A stretch of DNA of 64,000 bases from Acidimicrobiaceae bacterium (GTDB taxonomy: Bacteria > Actinomycetota > Acidimicrobiia > Acidimicrobiales > Aldehydirespiratoraceae), in assembly GCA_026708645.1 (NCBI GenBank), contig JAPOUM010000001.1:52258-116257 (forward strand), given 5' to 3'. The notes beneath the pieces were generated by a model. That model did no database searches, had not been told where the DNA came from, and worked only from the letters and a program-made list of their open reading frames with translations. The translations under genes and the position numbers were made by a program. The first letter of the stretch is position 1. Each line of letters opens with the position of its first letter. Below, in pieces: positions 61,058 to 64,000 of the stretch.

Positions 61058-62455
61058 TTGGCGGCTGTCGTGGCTGAGAGCAATTACCGAGCGCGGTCGA
61101 TGTGGCTCGACACTTTCGAGGGATCGCTCGAGCCTCGCCCCCCGCTGCCCGGCGACCGCGACTTCGACGTGGTCATCGTCGGGGGAGGCTTCACAGGGCT
61201 GTGGAGCGCCTACTACCTGCTGGGCCTCGACCCCGGTCTGCGGGTGGCGGTGATCGAACGCCAGGTCTGCGGTTTCGGCGCCTCGGGACGCAACGGCGGC
61301 TGGGCGGTCGGCGAACTGGGCGCCGGCATCGACAGGTACGCGGCGCTGGCCGATCTGCCGGCTTCGCTGCGGCTGGCGCGGGCGGTGTTCGACAGCGTCG
61401 ACGAGATCGGCAGGGTGGCAGCCGCGGAATCCATCGAATGCGGATACCACAAGGGCGGCTGGATCCGGCTGGCCCGCAACCGCCCCCAAGCCGAACGCCT
61501 GGCTCTGAAAGTGCAGCACGATCACGGACTCGGACTCACCAGCGACGAGATCAGACTGCTCAGCGCCGCCGAGGCCCGCGGTTTCGCCAACGCCAGCGAC
61601 GTGCGAAGCGGCCTCTTCTTCTCTGCGTGCGCGGCTCTCAATCCAGTGCAGCTGCTGCGGGGACTGGCTGAGGCGGTCGAGCGTCGCGGGGCGGCGATCT
61701 ACGAGCTGACCGCGGCGGATGCCGTCGAGCAGGGCCGGGTGTCGACTGACCGCGGCATGGTGCGAGCCGACGTGGTGATCACCGCGACCGAGGCCTACAC
61801 GCGAGACCTTAAGGGGCGCCGCCGTCAGATTCTGCCTGTGTATTCGCTGATGGTCGCCACCGAGCCGCTGCCGCAGTCGCTGTTCGACGAGATCGGCCTG
61901 GCCGACCGGCCCACCTTCAACGATTCCCGCTACATGGTGACCTACGGTCAGCGGACCGCCGATGACCGCATCGCCTTCGGCGGCAGCGGAGTGCCGTATC
62001 TGTACGGCTCGCGCGTCTCTGAAGCGTTGGAGCGTCACGCCCGGTCGCATCGGCGCATCCGTGACGCGCTGGTGGAGATGTTCCCGGTGTTGGCGCAGGC
62101 CCGGTTCACTCATCGCTGGGGCGGGGTGCTGGGCATAAGCCGCAGCTGGACCCCGTTCGTGAACTACGACCGTTCCACGGGCCGCGCCGAGGCGGGCGGT
62201 TACGTGGGGGAGGGTGTGGCGCCCTCGAATCTGGCGGGACGCACTCTGGCGGAGCTGATCACGGGCAGCGAATCCGAGCGGGTGGAGCTGCCGTGGGTGG
62301 GGGCGAGCCAACGCCGCTGGGCGCCCGAGCCGTTGCGCTGGCTGGGAGTGCGCGGCAGCCGAGCGGTACTGGCCCGCGCCGACAGCTACGAGTACCGCAC
62401 CGACCGCGAAGCTGCAGCAGCGCTGGCCCTCTACCGCAAACTGCGCCACGGCTGA
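61058..62455 (+). CDS. FAD-dependent (DAO-family) oxidoreductase, PuuB-like
   Basis: Dinucleotide fold DVVIVGGGFTGLWSAYYL and GASGRNGG. Confidence 0.8.
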   Translation: MAAVVAESNYRARSMWLDTFEGSLEPRPPLPGDRDFDVVIVGGGFTGLWSAYYLLGLDPGLRVAVIERQVCGFGASGRNGGWAVGELGAGIDRYAALADLPASLRLARAVFDSVDEIGRVAAAESIECGYHKGGWIRLARNRPQAERLALKVQHDHGLGLTSDEIRLLSAAEARGFANASDVRSGLFFSACAALNPVQLLRGLAEAVERRGAAIYELTAADAVEQGRVSTDRGMVRADVVITATEAYTRDLKGRRRQILPVYSLMVATEPLPQSLFDEIGLADRPTFNDSRYMVTYGQRTADDRIAFGGSGVPYLYGSRVSEALERHARSHRRIRDALVEMFPVLAQARFTHRWGGVLGISRSWTPFVNYDRSTGRAEAGGYVGEGVAPSNLAGRTLAELITGSESERVELPWVGASQRRWAPEPLRWLGVRGSRAVLARADSYEYRTDREAAAALALYRKLRHG

Positions 62456-62580
62456 CACGGCTGACACGGCTGGAACATCTGACACGCCCGCAAGCTCAGT
62501 GGCCCGCGGCCGGCGCAGCTGCGAGCTTCGGACGGGCAGGTCCTCAGCCGGCTCGACCGTCGAGGGGATAGTTTGGGCTC

Positions 62581-63873
62581 ATGGCCTCCAACGCTGAACT
62601 GGCTCGGCGCTATGCCGAGGCGCTTCCCAGCTTTCTTCGTCCTCTCTACCGGGATCCTGTCTCGATAGACCGCGGCGAGGGCGGCTACGTGTGGGATGTG
62701 GAAGGCGCCCGTTATCTGGATTTCTTCGGCGGGGTGCTCACCACCATGATCGGCCATGCCGAACCAAGCGTCGTGGCGGCAGTCCAGCAGCAGGCGGCCA
62801 AGGTGATGCACACCTCGACGTTGTATCTCAACGAGCCGATGATCGCTTTCGCCGAGGAAGTCGCCCGCGTGTCCGGGATCGACGACGCCAGGGTTTTCTT
62901 CTTGCCTTCGGGCAGCGAAGCCAATGACGCCGCCCTGCTTCTGGCCACCGTCTACCGCGGTTCCAACCAGATTCTGGCGATGCGCAACTCCTATCACGGT
63001 AGGACGTTCTCGACTCAGGCGATCACCGCTCAGCGCAGCTGGTCGTCCACTAGCCACTCGGGTCTCAACATCACTTACGTGCATGGCGGTTACCGGCTGC
63101 GAAGCCCTTTCAGGCATCTCGACGACGACGCCTACACCAGCGCTTGCGTGGATGATCTGGTGCAGCTCATCGACATGACCACTGCCGGCGACGTGGCTGC
63201 CATGATCGCTGAGCCGATCCAAGGGGTGGGCGGTTTCACGGTCCCGCCCGACGGGTTCTTCGGGGCTATGGGCAAAGTGCTTTCGGCGCACGGCATCCTG
63301 TTCATCTCCGACGAGGTTCAGACCGGCTGGGGCCGCACCGGCGAGCATTTCTGGGGATATGAGGCGCACGGGATAGTCCCGGATCTGCTGACTTTCGCCA
63401 AAGGCGTCGGCAACGGCATCACTTTGGCAGGGGTGGTCGCCAGGGCTGAGATATTCGACCGGATCAACGCTTTGCAGTTCTCCACTTTCGGCGGCAACCC
63501 GCTTTCGGTTGCCGCGGGCCGGGCCACTCTGGCGAAGGTGCTCGCCGACGACTTGCAAGGCAACGCTCTGGTCATGGGCAGGCGCCTCGCCGATGCGCTG
63601 GCGCCGGCAGTGGAGCGCTACGACTGGGTGGCTGAGATGCGCGGCCGGGGATTGATGCTGGCTTTGGAGTTCGTGCATCCCGGATCCGTCGAGCCCGACT
63701 TGGCGCGCTCCGCGGCAGTGCTCGAAGGATGCAAGGAGCGGGGTCTGCTGATCGGCAGGGGCGGCCTTTACGGCAACGTGGTCAGGATCACTCCCATGCT
63801 GAATGTCACCGCCGACGAAATCGACGAAGGCGCCGAGGCTCTGCTGGGAGCGCTCGCCGCAGCCGACGTCTAG
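62581..63873 (+). CDS. Class III pyridoxal-phosphate-dependent aminotransferase
   Basis: Motifs PSGSEANDAAL, FISDEVQTGWGRTG and the PLP-lysine context TFAKGVGNG. Confidence 0.88.
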   Translation: MASNAELARRYAEALPSFLRPLYRDPVSIDRGEGGYVWDVEGARYLDFFGGVLTTMIGHAEPSVVAAVQQQAAKVMHTSTLYLNEPMIAFAEEVARVSGIDDARVFFLPSGSEANDAALLLATVYRGSNQILAMRNSYHGRTFSTQAITAQRSWSSTSHSGLNITYVHGGYRLRSPFRHLDDDAYTSACVDDLVQLIDMTTAGDVAAMIAEPIQGVGGFTVPPDGFFGAMGKVLSAHGILFISDEVQTGWGRTGEHFWGYEAHGIVPDLLTFAKGVGNGITLAGVVARAEIFDRINALQFSTFGGNPLSVAAGRATLAKVLADDLQGNALVMGRRLADALAPAVERYDWVAEMRGRGLMLALEFVHPGSVEPDLARSAAVLEGCKERGLLIGRGGLYGNVVRITPMLNVTADEIDEGAEALLGALAAADV

Positions 63874-64000
63874 AGTCCGGGGGAACAGGCGAGCCGACAG
63901 CTGGCGCGCCCCAGAAGTGCGGGCTGGTGAGAGCCCGTAGCGTCTCGGCGTCTGGCGCCTCAGGAGGCGTCCGCTGCTAGATGCGAAGTGGCGCCGCATC

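Overview
High-GC (visibly about two-thirds G+C or more, not computed) chromosomal segment from an actinobacterium. The evidence is mycothione reductase, KorAB, the gcvH-garA-merR-DUF151-merR block, an rRNA spacer without tRNAs, and a 16S sequence that looks Acidimicrobiia-like by eye. Most of the window is core metabolism: a complete rrs-rrl-rrf operon, fbaB, korAB, katG, glpD/glpK, a LacI-controlled alpha-glucoside ABC uptake locus with a GH13 glucosidase, glycine-cleavage genes, aroC, mtr, and ssrA/smpB. Several accessory or unusual elements are interspersed. (1) At the left end is an NHLP/NHLM-type bacteriocin export trio (HlyD-like adaptor, C39-peptidase ABC exporter, second ABC exporter). 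It is followed by a 62-aa double-glycine-leader peptide with a Cys-free, Ser/Tyr/Asn/Gly-rich hydrophilic core. A 15-nt x4 tandem repeat sits in the peptide gene's leader. (2) Two genes contain in-frame TGA codons exactly where a catalytic Cys is expected, each followed by a hairpin: selD (GAG-U-GCK) and a CMD/AhpD-like peroxidase-related gene (C-H-Y-U). These are probable selenocysteine codons that the ORF track splits. (3) A solitary 1112-aa nuclease-methyltransferase-TRD fusion resembles MmeI-like Type IIG/IIL enzymes. (4) A sharply low-GC islet carries a convergent Type II R-M pair: a small EcoRI/MunI-like PD-ExK nuclease and a Dam-like methyltransferase. (5) Three toxin-antitoxin loci are present. 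One is wedged between ssrA and smpB and one is an orphan antitoxin next to a decayed transposase-like remnant. No CRISPR array, tRNA gene or intact IS was seen. RNA ends and many start codons are approximate.
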